A stretch of 64,000 nt of DNA from Paraspadella gotoi (GCA_051294375.1 CM119268.1:6799731-6863730); one strand, 5' to 3'; shown: positions 41,585 through 55,607, numbered from the stretch's first letter. The notes: generated by a model not told the origin, from the letters alone. A program made the numbers and translations.

Positions 41585-44168
41585 GGGAATACAAATTTGG
41601 AATTGGGGACAGAGAGGATGGAGGGAAAGAAGGATGAATGAAGGAATAGGGAATGGGGATGATGCTGGGATGATGCTGGGATGATGCTGGGATGACGCTG
41701 GGAAATGAGGTGAAAAATAACTAAAGATTCGATCGACAAAAGAAGAAGAAGAAAAGAGAAGATCGAAAAATTGGGATGTGAAGGAGAGAAATAGTTTTTC
41801 GCGGGTGAAAATATTGTGAAGACGAAAGTGAGAATCAATGAAAGCTGATGGAGTCTGGCTGCGTTCGAATTGTGAAATGGAGGGTGAATTTGTTGTTGCG
41901 TTTCGCTCGATAAGAGTCACATTTGACTTTCTCACCTCTTCCTTTTCTCCTTTTCACTTCCCATGCAGCTCCTCTTCCTTCACCACCCCAGTCTCGTCTT
42001 TGGATTCAATTTCTCTTCCTTTTTTAATATTTAAGAAAAGAAAACTGGATGTTATTTTAAACCTATTAAAGTTTCAACCTGATAGGAAAAAAAAAAGAGT
42101 TTAAGTCAATTATTCTTGATAAAAGATTTAAAATTAATACTGTAGGACGTATTGACTTAACTTTTTGGATTTTTTTTTACCGGAGATAAAATGAATAAAA
42201 TATTCTTTTAGAATTTATAGAAAATCAAGAACAGTTTAAACAAATGACGAAAAATATAATTAAAGCTCACAAGATAATTTAAAATTAAAAAACCTTAAAT
42301 AATAACGTAACTTATCATCCGTTACCTCTTAAAAAAAATCCCTGAACTAAACAACATCAGGCCAACTTATAAAGGAACTCCCACTTTTTAGTTGCGCCGC
42401 GACTACTCGCGGAGCAACTCTATAAGTCAATTTTCGGTCGGTCTGTCGGTCGGTATGTCTGTCCGTCGCTCTGTCCCACTTACATTAAAAATGCTCATAA
42501 CTCGCCTATGGTTAATTGCTAATTTGTTAGAAGGTAAAAATTCACAAATCTAAGAGACTGCTAGCGCCGCCTTCAGGAAATCCTAAAACTATAAAGAATA
42601 AAAGACGGAATTCCGATGCAGATTAAATACAGAAAGTCACTGCGGCGCAACGCATTGGACGGATCGATCTTGATTTTTTCCCTTCGTAAACTCGACCCGG
42701 GCGAAACTGGGCGAGCGATTGGAATGGATTTCCCCCCTTTTTTTTTTTCGAGGGCAGCGCGGAGCAGGAGAATCGGGAGCGAGAGAGACGATTCCGGAAT
42801 TGGATTCTTTCTTTTATTTCCTTCTTTCTTCTTCTTTTTTTTTTCTCTTCCTCCTCCTCTTCCTCCTCCTCCTCCTCTTTAATATCTCGTCGACCTTGAC
42901 AGCAGCGACCGACGAGGATCAAAAGACCATTTCGATTTTCCGTCCGAATCGAGAATCTCGGCTTCGTCGTTGTCGTTGTTGTCCGTCGTTGTCGTCGTTG
43001 TTCATCGTCGACCAGAAGAGTTTGTTTCTTTGTTTGATTGGATGTTTGCTGGCAGAAATCGAAACATTTTGATTGGCTGTTTGCTGGCAGAAATCGGAAC
43101 ATTTTGATTGGTTGTTTGCTGGCAGAAATCGTAACATTGTGACCGGGTACAAGAGAGAAGACGTTTATCGGTTTCGCTAAGAAGATAATTTTTTTCTTTT
43201 CTCGCTTTTTCAACGGAAGTCGGTCACTTTTGAACAAGAGTCATTGTGAAGCCATCTTCCAGTTCATTCCCTGTGCTTCCCTTTACACTTGATTAAAATC
43301 ATATTAAACGCATTTAGTTCTTTTATCTTTAATTATTAAATCATGATGAGCAGAGCGAATGGATAAAAATTGATTTTCGCTGAAAACTATTAAACCTTTC
43401 TCAATATCTCGAGGATTTAGTGACACGGATATTCGATTACATTTCGCAAGAGTAACTTTTCCGTTGAAAACTGGAAACTTTCTCCAGAAATAAGACGAGC
43501 GAGTGACACAATGGCGGAACAGGTTCCAAATGCCGGTCTTCTTCTTGATATAAAAAACATCGATTAGATAACTATCTCTTCAAACGACTGGAGAAGGGAA
43601 TCGGTTTTTAAACGTGCATAACTTCATATTCAAACATCGATCGTTGGAAATAAAATGTCGGGACGCTTCGCTCTGCATTCCGTCGACATCCCCGACGAGG
43701 TCACCCGCCGCAAGTTGGACGTCGTCGCGGAACTCCTCGACGTCGAGGATCCTCCGCCGGAGAATCCCGTCCTCATCGTCGACGTCTCCGTCGCCGTCGT
43801 CGCCGTCGCCAGGTGGCGCAGCCTCATGCCTCGCGTCAAGATCTTCTACGCCGTTAAGGTGGTCAAAGTTTAAAATTAAAAAAAAAAGCTGCCGTTTTAT
43901 TGTATTATTATCTCTTTTAAAAATTCAAATTTATTTTTCCCGCAGGTGAATCCCGACAAGCAACTTCTCTCCGCTCTTCACGAAATTGGCTGTGGATTCG
44001 ACTGCGCGTCCAAGAGGGAGATGGAGCTGGTCCTCGATTCGGGCGCTAAACCAGAGGACATTGTCTTCTCAAATCCGAACAAGTTCCACTCGCACATTTC
44101 CTATGCGGCTGAAAAAGGTGAAACTGAGGAGATGTTAAGGCTCAATTTGACATCATCATCATCATCAT

Positions 44169-44232
<64 letters not shown>

Positions 44233-47200
44233 TTCAATTGACTTCGCAACGCACTATTTTTCTTTCGCTGAACTTCTTCTTTAGTCACTTATGGTAATTA
44301 GTTATTAAATACATTAACAAAGTTCATAAGACCTTCGTTGAGTAAGTCAATTTTTTTTTAATAGTTATAGTTTGTAACTTTGTATTGTTTATATCTATAA
44401 ACTCAGGCGTCGCCCTGACCGTTTTCGACTCTCACCGAGATCTACAAACTGAAACAACTTCATCCCGGGATGCTCCACGCTTCTTCGTATCTCCATCAAG
44501 AGTCTCACGAGTTATCGGGATCTGTCACGATTCGGGGGCTGATCCGAAAGACATTTATGACCTTTTGAAAACTGCCTATGATGTTGGTAATTATATACTA
44601 GCGTTTGAAGGAAAAGATTATGATAACTAATCCTTTATCGAAAAATTCTGTTTATCAAATCAATTATCAATCACAAATCAGAGACGAAATAAATACCAGA
44701 TTTACTCAATAAACGACAAAAAAAATATAGATTTTAACTAACAATTAATAGCGACTTAATCAACAAATTAATCAAATTATACAATTTTAAATCTGTAGTG
44801 ACGTAATATCACTACCCGTTGCATACGACTATTCCTTCCATTAGCGCCGTAATAGCGCAATGGGCTAACGCTTCATCTCTAGAACCCAATGGTCCCGAGT
44901 TCGGAACGGTCGTTTGCACAACAGTGTCGGGCCGGTTAAACCACCGATAGCAATCCTAACCGCCCAAGTTCCGGAAAGCGAGGCAACTGACGAAATAAAT
45001 CTTCCAGAACTCACGCGGGCCCACTGATTGTGGGGTCTGTAAATTGCAAGAGACGGCGACCCCTCTATGCTTAATTTACTTAAAATCATGAATATGACAA
45101 TCCTAGATTAATTACCTCTAATCGTTGAACAAAAAGTTGATAAATAGGTGTGGTGAAGAAATCAAGGCGTAGATCTTTCTCAACGATTTTTGCCAGGATT
45201 AAACGTCATCGGCGTTCACTTCCACGTTGGCGTCGCCGGCGACAACACAACCGCCTTAGGGAGGCTCTCGCCCTCTCGGCTCAGGCCTTCAAGATCGGCA
45301 AAGATATCGCCTTCAGATGCGCTTGCTCGACCTTGGCGGAGGTTTCCCGGGCTTGGCCGATGAGGTTCCCGGCATCGAGGGCTATGCAACGGTGATCAAC
45401 AGAGCTTTGGAAGAGTTTTTTCCCGACGAGACCATCAAGGTCATCGCCGAGCCAGGTCGATATCTTGCTTGTCGGACGAACTGGAATTTTGGCCAAGGTG
45501 TGTACTGTGTACTGTGTAGCCCTTTGCGGAAATGATAAAAACCTAGGCTCGAACCAGCGACCATTCTAACTGATAATAGTGATTGTAATCATAACATTGG
45601 GCTTTGGATAATTATCTGAGAGAGTTTGTCAATCCTATCTTTCACGTTCTTATTTATAAAAAACAATGTCAATAATTCATTGATGATATGTGACGATAGA
45701 TGTGACACATTTGTGTCATCTACAGGCTCCACTCCAAGCGTGTCACGAGGCGAAGGAAAAGAGCGTCGTTTACTTATTTCTTAAACGACGGTGGTTTTGG
45801 AAACCTGGTATTCGTCAAGCACTTCCTTACGGAGTGAGGAACGTAACCTTACTGACTCGATCGCCTAGTCTCCGCGGAAGCGACCTACCCTACGCAGCTG
45901 TCCGGCCCCACCTGCACCGAGATCGATTTTTTTGGGGAGACGATGCGTTGGCCGGAATTTCAGGTCGGCGATTACGTCTTCATGGACGACAACGGTGGTT
46001 ATAGCGCTATAATAGCTACGAGTTTTAACGGTTTTGGAAAGGAGTTGAACAGAACAGTGTATATTTGAAGAAAAAAAAATGTTAGCAAAGATTGTACTAG
46101 TTTAATGTTATGTAGGCGATTTTATACATTCATAGAGACCCTCAAGCCGAGGGTATTAAGAAACTTAGTCTTCATTTGTAAGAATTTTTTTTGTCTGGAT
46201 TCAACATTGTGGCTGTAAAATTTTGATTTTTAAAGAACAATATAAAAATTTTTAATCTTACTTTTTATTTTTGATTTTGATTTGTTGTCAAATAATATTA
46301 ACTTCCTTTTTCTTCCATAAAATAAATTATTATTTTGCTAGCTGAGATCTGATATCTAGTTTAATACTAGTCTACTCCGTAATTATAAAATCCTTTGTTG
46401 AATGAATAATCCCATTCTTAGAACCAAAAGCTTAAAAGCCATATTGTGGCGAATCCTAAATTCGCCTCCCGTATAGCTTGGTGAAACTCAGCTCGTCCCG
46501 TTGGATTGGACAGCTAAGTACTTGTTCCGACTTCAATCCCCTCACGGTCACGCTGGTTAAAGAATGATGGTGACCAAGTCTCTGCAGGTCACCGCCGATC
46601 ATACCTTTTCCCAAATTGCTACAACGTGGAAGGAAGATGAGTGGTTCAATACTTTTCTTGATAAGCTCTAATATTGATAATTCTGGAACTTTCGTTTTTC
46701 ATAATGTTACGGCCACGATGACGCATTTGTTCCTGGTTGCTTCGCGTTTGGAGTCGAAGGAGTGAAGCAAATCGCCAATTAATATTATTAACAACCTTAC
46801 TTTCAAACTAATGTACAAATTAATAATTAACGATTTTATTGAATCAAAATAAAAACAGGCATCTCCCGGATTTGATCCCGGGACAGATTGTTCACAATCA
46901 AAGACTTAGCGGTTTACACAACCAAGTTGAGACATATGAATATTCCAATTGCGTTAATTATTATAGCATGTTATTCTGATTATGTTGAAACTTGAGAACA
47001 TTACAATCTTAAATGTTTTACTAGCGCACACTAGTAGTATTATTGTCATGGTTCTCATTCTTGTCTTGTCCTTGTTTTTATCTTATAAATTATTTCTTCC
47101 ACATGAGGCCGAGCGACCTCGCCTCCCTCTCTCTTTTCCCTTCAACGGTCACATGACCTCAGACCTCAGGTCATTGGCTTCGTCGTCCCGGTTTTGTCAA

Positions 47201-50200
47201 CCGGTTTCTTCCGTCGTCGCCGAGGCCACAACCGTTTCAACCATCGAAATATACACATCACGTTATTGCCCATGTTTCAACATAGGCAATAACATTAACA
47301 TACGTATTAAAGATGTAGAAATCTTAAATCAATTTTAGATATAGAGAATAAAAATGAGAATAAGAATTTGGTCTAGAGGTATTTGTAATATATTTTTTTG
47401 CTCCTTTTTTTCACCGTTAAAATGATTTTAATTTTGTTAACCGCCAAATTTGTTCTTGGGCGCCGAGTCTCTCTCGAAATAACTTTTCATTTTTTTTTAC
47501 GTCTTTTGTTTTATTTTCGTATGATAAGGTTTTGAGTGACTCACCTTCCAAAGCGTCGGGCGCGAGAGTTTTGAGTTTGTTGCCCGACAAATCGATGTAG
47601 TAGACGTCGTTCATTCCGACGAAGGCGCCGCCTTCGATGACGGAGATGGCACAGTGATCCAACTTGAGAAAACTCACGTTTCGAATTCCTGAGCGGAAAG
47701 AGCGGGGTCCATCTTAGTTTATTACGTTCACTCAGCTCTACGATTTGGATCATTACACGACATTACAAATGAATAGATAAAAAATAATCACACTTCTCCC
47801 TTTCAATCACACTTCTCCCTTTTAATCACACTTCTCCTTTCAATCACATTTCTCCCTTTCAATCACACTTCTCCCTTTTAATCACACTTCTCCCTTTCAA
47901 TCACACTTCTCCCTTTTAATCACACTTCTTCCTTTAATCACACTTCTCCCTTTTAATCACACTTCTCCCTTTCAATCACACTTCTCCCTTTCAATCAGAC
48001 TTCTCCTTTCAATCACACTTCTCCCTTTTAATCACACTTCTCTCACACTTCTCCCTTTTAATCACACTTCTCCCTTTTAATCACACTTCTCCCTTTTAAT
48101 CACACTTCTCCCTTTTAATCACACTTCTCCCTTTCAATCACACTTCTCCCTTTCAATCACACTTCTCCCTTTCAATCACACTTCTCCCTTTCAATCACAC
48201 TTCTCCCTTTCAATCACACTTCTCCCTTTCGATCTCACTTCTCTCTTTTAATCATATCTCCTTTTAATCACACTTCTCCCTTTTAATCACACTTCTCCCT
48301 TTTAATCACACTTCTCCTTTTAATCACACTTCTCCCTTTCAATCACACTTCTCCCTTTTAATCACACCTCTCTCACACTTCTCCCTTTTAATCACACTTC
48401 TCCCTTTTAATCACACTTCTCCCTTTTAATCACACTTCTCCCTTTCAATCACACTTCTCCCTTTTAATCACACTTCTTCCTTTTAATCACACTTCTCCCT
48501 TTTCAATTCACACTTCTCCCTTTCAATCAGACTTCTCCCTTTCAATCACACTTCTCCCTTTTAATCACACTTCTCCCACACTTCTCCCTTTTAATCACAC
48601 TTCTCCCTTTTAATCACACTTCTCCCTTTTAATCACACTTCTCCCTTTTAATCACACTTCTCCCTTTTAATCACACTTCTCCTTTTCAATCACACTTCTC
48701 CCTTTCAATCACACTTCTCCCTTTCAATCACACTTCTCCCTTTCAATCACACTTCTCCACTTTCAATCACACTTCTCCCTTTCGATCCACTTCTCTCTTT
48801 TAATCATACTTCTCCCTTTTAATCACACTTCTCCCTTTTAATCACACTTCTCCCTTTTAATCACACTTCTCCCTTTTAATCACACTTCTCCCTTTCAATC
48901 ACACTTCTCCCTTTAATCACACCTCTCTCACACTTCTCCCTTTTAATCACACTTCTCCCTTTTAATCACACTTCTCCCTTTTAATCACACTTCTCCCTTT
49001 CGATCACACTTCTCCCTTTTAATCACACTCTCTCACACTTCTCCCTTTTAATCACACTTCTCCCTTTTAATCACACTTTTCCCTTTCAATCACACTTCTC
49101 CTTTCAATCACACTTCTCCCTTTCAATCACACTTCTCTCCTTTCAATCACACTTCTCCCTTTCAATCACACTTCTCCCTTTCAATCACACTTCTCCCTTT
49201 CAATCACACTTCTCCCTTTCGATCACACTTCTCCCTTTTATATCACACTTCTCCCTTTCAATCACACTTCTCCCTTTCAATCACACTTCTCCTTTTAATC
49301 ACACTTCTCCTTTCAATCACACTTCTCCCTTTCGATCACACTTCTCCCTTTTAATCAACACTTCTCCCTTTTAATCACACCTCTCTCACACTTCTCCCTT
49401 TTAATCACACTTCTCCCTTTTAATCACACTTTTTCCCTTTCAATCACACTTCTCCCTTTCAATCACACTTCTCCCTTTTCAATCACACTTCTCCCTTTCA
49501 ATCACACTTCTCCCTTTCAATCACACTTCTCCCTTTCAATCACACTTCTCCCTTTCGATCACACTTCTCTTTTTTAATCACACTTCTCCTTTCAATCACA
49601 CTTCTCCCTTTCAATCACACTTCTCCCTTTTAATCACACTTCTCCCTTTCAATCACACTTCTCCCTTTCGATCACACTTCTCCCTTTTAATCACACTTCT
49701 CCCTTTTAATCACACTTCTCCCTTTCAATCACACTTTCTCCCTTTCAATCACACTTCTCCCTTTAATCACACTTCTCCCTTTTAATCACACTTCTCCCTT
49801 TTAATCACATTCTCCCTTCATCACACTTCTCCCTTTCAATCACACTTCTCCCTTTTAATCACACTTCTCCCTTTTAATCACACTTCTCCCTTTTAATCAC
49901 ACTTCTCCCTTTCAATCACACTTCTCCCTTTCAATCACCACTTCTCCCTTTCAATCACACTTCTCCCTTTCAATCACACTTCTCCCTTTCGATCTCACTT
50001 CTCTCTTTAATCATACTTCTCCCTTTTAATCACACTTCTCCCTTTTAATCACACTTCTCCCTTTTAATCACACTTCTCCCTTTTAATCACACTTCTCCCT
50101 TTCAATCACACTTCTCCCTTTAATCACACCTCTCTCACACTGTCTCCCTTTTAATCACACTTCTCCCTTTTAATCACACTTCTCCCTTTTAATCACACTT

Positions 50201-53200
50201 TTCCCTTCATCACACTTCTCCCTTTCAATCACACTTCTCCTTTCAATCACACTTCTCCCTTTCAATCACACTTCTCCCTTTCAATCACACTTCTCCCTTT
50301 CAATCACACTTCTCCCTTTCAATCACACTTCTCCCTTTCGATCACACTTCTCCCTTTTAATCACACTTCTCCCTTTCAATCACACTTCTCCCTTTCAATC
50401 ACACTTCTGCCTTTCAATCACACTTCTCCCTTTCGATCACACTTCTCCCTTTTAATCACACTTCTCCCTTTCAATCACACTTCTCCCTTTCAATCACACT
50501 TCTCCCTTTCGATCACACTTCTCCCTTTTAATCACACTTCTCCCTTTTAATCACACTTCTCCCTTTTAATCACACTTCTCCCTTTTAATCACATTTCTCC
50601 CTTTCAATCACACTTCTCCCTTTCAATCACAACTCTCCTTTAATCACATTCTCCTTTCAATCAACTTTCTCCCTTTCAATCACACTTCTCCCTTTCGATC
50701 TCACTTCTCTCTTTTAATCATACTTCTCCCTTTTAATCACACTTCTCCCTTTTAATCACACTTCTCCTTTTAATCACACTTCTCCCTTTTAATCACACTT
50801 CTCCCTTTCAATCACACTTCTCCCTTTTAATCACACCTCTCTCACACTTCTCCCTTTTAATCACACTTCTCCCTTTTAATCACACTTCTCCTTTTAATCA
50901 CACTTCTCCCTTTTAATCACACTTCTCCCTTTTAATCACACTTCTCCCTTTCAATCACACTTCTCCCTTTTAATCACACTTCTTCCTTTTAATCACACTT
51001 CTCCCTTTAATCACACTTCTCCCTTTCAATCACACTTCTCCCTTTCAATTAGACTTCTCCCTTTCAATCACACTTCTCCCTTTTAATCACACTTCTCCCA
51101 CACTTCTCCCTTTTAATCACACTTCTCCCTTTTAATCACACTTCTCCCTTTAATCACACTTCTCCCTTTTAATCACACTTCTCCCTTTCGATCACACTTC
51201 TCCCTTTTAATCACACTTCTCCTTTCAATCACACTTCTCCCTTTCAATCACACTTCTCCCTTTCAATCACACTTCTCCCTTTCAATCACACTTTCTCCCT
51301 TTCGATCACACTTCTCCCTTTTAATCAACACTTCTCCCTTTTAATCACACTTCTCCCTTTTAATCACACTTCTCCCTTTCAATCACACTTCTCCCTTTCA
51401 ATCACACTTCTCCCTTTCGATCACACTTCTCCCTTTAATCACACTTCTCCCTTTTAATCACACTTCTCCCTTTTAATCACACTTCTCCCTTTTAATCACA
51501 CTTCTCCCTTTCAATCACACTTCTCCCTTTCAATCACACTTCTCCCTTTCAATCACACTTCTCCCTTTCAATCACACTTCTCCCTTTTAATCACACTTCT
51601 CCCTTTCAATCACACTTCTCCCTCAATCTCCCCCGTTCCCCTCCCCCCCCAAGCACCCCCCTCTTCACCCCCCCCTCCTCCGCGCACCGGCGAAGGCTCT
51701 GGATCGAACGACGGTGACGTTGGATCCGCTGAGGAGGAGATGGACGACGTTGGAGAGTCCGACGAAGGAGTTGGGGCGAAGCTCGCGGAGATGCATCCCC
51801 TTCATCATGAGATTGGTGACGTTGGTGAGGCCGCGAAAGGCCTCGGGTTCTGCGGGTTGGTGGGTGGGGGGTGTGAGGTGGTAGGAGGTGGCGGGTAAAT
51901 TGGAAAAGGAAGGGGCGAAGAATTTACGTCGGATTGTGAAGTGTAAATTTGATCCGCTATCACTTCGAGGTAAAAAAAAAAATACTCGTGATTTGACTGA
52001 CTCTAAAAATTTATTTTTATTTATTGACAAATGAATGTTTGTTTGTTGTTCTTGATACGTAGTTGATTTGAGTCGATTTCGATGTCTGGTTGACGTTTAA
52101 AGAAATGAACGGATTTTTTTGAAAAGCTGTATCAGAGTATCAGTGTATCACCAATTAACCAACGAACCGCATAATTTCCATAACGAACCTTAATTTAAAA
52201 TTGCTGACTGATCTCAATCTTCTTTTTCCTTAACTTTTTTTAAACTTTTCAAACTTTTTTAAACTTTTTTTAACTCCAAAAACATTTAAGTTTTCCGCCA
52301 ATCATCAATAGATAATACAAAACAAATAAATCCGAACAACTTGAATTTTTTTCTTACAAGAAGAATTTTTATTTTCTCATAAATAACATTTGTCAACTCT
52401 GTGGAAATATTTACATTCATTTACAATACAAAGTGACAATGATCATTAATTGTCATGTGAAATTATTAAAATTTTCTCGGATGTCCATCAACTTTTACAA
52501 CTAAATCGGGGTCAGACTTTGAATGAAACAAAAAACAAGACACGATGGCGTAAATGAAAAAAAAACAAAACAAACGAACAAAGGAACAAAAAGCAAAAAA
52601 CTAAGGAAGAAGAGTAGAGTAGAGACTCGATACGGCGAGATCTTTTTTGAAAAAAAAAATCTAATAGCGAGAGAAAAAGACAAAACAGAAATTTTAAAAT
52701 AAATATCCAGTAAAATGGTAAATTAATAAATAAATAAATAAATAAATAAATAAAAAATAAATTTAAAAAAAAAATAAAAAAAAAAAATTTAAAAAAAAAT
52801 AAATAAAAAAATAAAAAAAATAAATAAAAAAAAAAAAATAAATAAATACTGAATCCATTTAATATATAAAATTAATTGTCATGAATCCGATTACTTTCAA
52901 CGAATTTCGTTCCCGTCGTCGTCATCGTCGTCGTCAAAGTCGTCGTCGTTAATCAAATGCCTCAAATTCCCCGGGAGCAAATGCTCCAGATTCGTTGGCT
53001 GCAGCGGAATTAAATGCTGCTGCGGCGAATGCTCCCCCGCCGCAGGAATCTGCCGAGCGGTGGTCGTCGACTGCGAAACATTATCATTCTCCCACGGCCA
53101 CGCGTTGAGAGGAGACGGCGAAGAATTCTGCGGCATCGGAAAATTCTCCCACATTGGCGTTATCGAATGCTGCCCCGGCGTCGTCTGCTGTAGAAGCGAA

Positions 53201-55607
53201 TGTTCCTGGATCGACGGCCTCTGCCGTATTAAATGCGGCGGCAGGCTAATCATCATTTGCGGCACGGGCGTCGGCTGCTGTGGAAGCGAATGTTCCTGAT
53301 TCGACGACGGCGCATATATCGTATGCTGCACTGACAACGTCGGGATATCTGTCTGTGTCAGCACCAAATGCTTCTTTTGCGTAGTCGGCGGCATCAAATT
53401 TGGTGGCGGGCAAATCATCTTTTGTGGCACTGGCGCCATATGCCGTGGTAGCGAATGTTCCTGATTTGACGGCATCAGTGGTAATGTGTGCGGCGGCATG
53501 TGAAGTATCATCTGCTGCACTGGCGTTGTCCGATTCTGTGTCTGAGACGAAAGCGATTGCTCCTGATTTGGTGACGTCGCGTCGCCCGGCATCTCAATCA
53601 TCATTTGCTGCCCGGGAATCATCTGTACTTGAGGCATTGTCAAATTCTGCGGAAACGTTTGCATCAGCGGCATCGACGGTACATTAAAAATCATTTGCGG
53701 CAACACCAGCGGCTGAATCTCCGGCGGCGGCAGCGAAGACAGTAGCCACTTATTAAACCACTTCTTGTACATTCCCGGAAGCAACGGAACGACTTGGAAG
53801 GAATACTCCCATTGCCTCACTATGTCATTCATCACCGACCACAGCATCATCGTGGGGCCGATAGGCTCCGTCCCGTCCGGCGTCGTCGGCGTCATTAGCA
53901 GCAAATGAATATTGGAGCGTTCCGGAATTAAACTCATCGGCTCAACCGGGAGCACCGCAGTTCCCGATCGCGGGAGCAGGAACGATCTCGCCGGGGAGTT
54001 TCGCACGAACGGAATCAACGGTCGATCGAAATCGAGTTTCACGGTCGTCTTGGGATTATTCGGCGTCGGTTCGAGGAGTCGATGCAAGTTCGTCGGTTCC
54101 GGCTCCGACAAAATCATCTCCGGCGGAAAGATATCCTTCAGGTCGTCCGGAACCGCCAACTTCATCTCCGTCGGCAAGCCTTCCTCCAGCTCGAACGGCG
54201 TCGGCGTCGTCCACGAACTTTCGAAAATATCCGGCTTTTTTCCGGGAACTTGAAAAGTTGGCGAGGTCATGACCCAAGTCTTGGACGGGGTTTGCTTCAC
54301 CGGTTTCGGTTTGGTCGAATGCTCTTCTCTCGTCGTCTCCGGGTATTCGGGCGTGAGAAGCGACGAGACTTTCATAACTTGGAGCTTGGGAAAAATCCTC
54401 CTGTTGGCCTCCCTCTTTCCTCGCTTGACCAGAGGCAGCGGCTCGCACGTTACTTGTCCGTCCTCCCACCTGACCCTCGCCCACACGCCCATCACGGAGT
54501 AGTAGGTCAGCGGCGGGCCTTTCGGGGCGGGGGCCTGGACCAGACTGACCGTACCGTCGGGGCCGATCTCCGCCGCGTAGAGCATCAGCCGATAACCCGA
54601 CGGCGACGGTGGGATGCGAATGGGAACCGGCGCCGTTAAGACGTTGAGACGACGACGACGGCGCCGCCGAAGGTTGGGATGAGAAGGTTCGGGAGCGTGA
54701 TAATCGTAGCCGAATATATTGACGCAAAAATCTTCGTCGTCGCTGGACGAAGAATCTTCTTCTTGATCCTCTTCTATTTCTTCTTCTTCTTCTTCTTTTT
54801 CTTCTTCGTCTTCGTCGTTGGGGCCGGGCCCGATGGCGCCCGGGCGATCGTAGTCGTCTTCTTTGCGGGAGAAATGATTGTCAGCGGCGTCTTCATTGGC
54901 GTCGTCGCCGTTGAAGGCGTGGCCGTCCAAGACGGCGTTGTCGACTGCGGCGGCGTTTTTCTCCACGGCAGCGGCGGCGGCGGCGACGGCGGCGTTGGCG
55001 GATGCGACTACATCACTGAGTCGAGACGCGGAATTCATGAGATCGGCGTGGCTGCGATACAAGGAGTCCATCGAGGCGGTGAGACGTTGCTGTGCGGCAA
55101 CCAACGCGTCGACGTGAGATGTCGACGATGTTGGGGCGGCTGGTGGAATCGGGACCGGTAACGAGGATCCAGCGCTCCTGTGGGAGGTCGGAATTAATGC
55201 GGGAGGCGCGGCTGGAGCTGCTGGAGCTGTTGCTGCGGGTGGAGGAAAAAGAGGTCCGAACGTTTTCGAGCTCCACATTTCGATTTTTTGACTTGAAGAA
55301 TTATATGGGTTGGGAGGGACAGTTTTTGTTGTTTCAGTTTTTGTAATTTCAGTTGTTGTTTTTGTTGATTTCAATTGAGAAGCGATTCAGGAGCGAGGAA
55401 ATAAACTCGATGAAGCGTCGATTAATCTTCGAATTTGATGGGAAAAAAAATGTCATAAAACTTTTGGACAAAAGTGAGTTTTTCGGGTTCGAATCGATCC
55501 GACATTGGAGAATGGAGATCGAGAGAATGAGAGGGTGAGAAGAAGCTAGCGATAAAAGCGGGAGAGAGAGAGGACCTCATTTCTGGCGTCGAAATGAAAC
55601 TGAATGT

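Noticed and set aside
43655-46068. Antizyme inhibitor, or programmed frameshifting in the ODC-like gene
   Set aside because: The PLP Lys and catalytic Cys are retained. The frame breaks are scattered 1-nt indels like those across the whole window, with no slippery site or antizyme-type signal.
47786-51628. CRISPR array or telomeric repeat
   Set aside because: Units are head-to-tail with no unique spacers, there are no cas genes, the context is a eukaryotic intron, and the unit is not TTAGGG-like.
52720-52850. Poly(A) tail marking the 825-aa ORF as a retrocopy
   Set aside because: The A-rich tract is on the plus strand, so it is T-rich on the coding strand of the ORF. No target-site duplication is seen.
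53060-55346. Plus-strand ORFs overlapping the 825-aa ORF
   Set aside because: They are antisense shadows of a GC-rich coding sequence.
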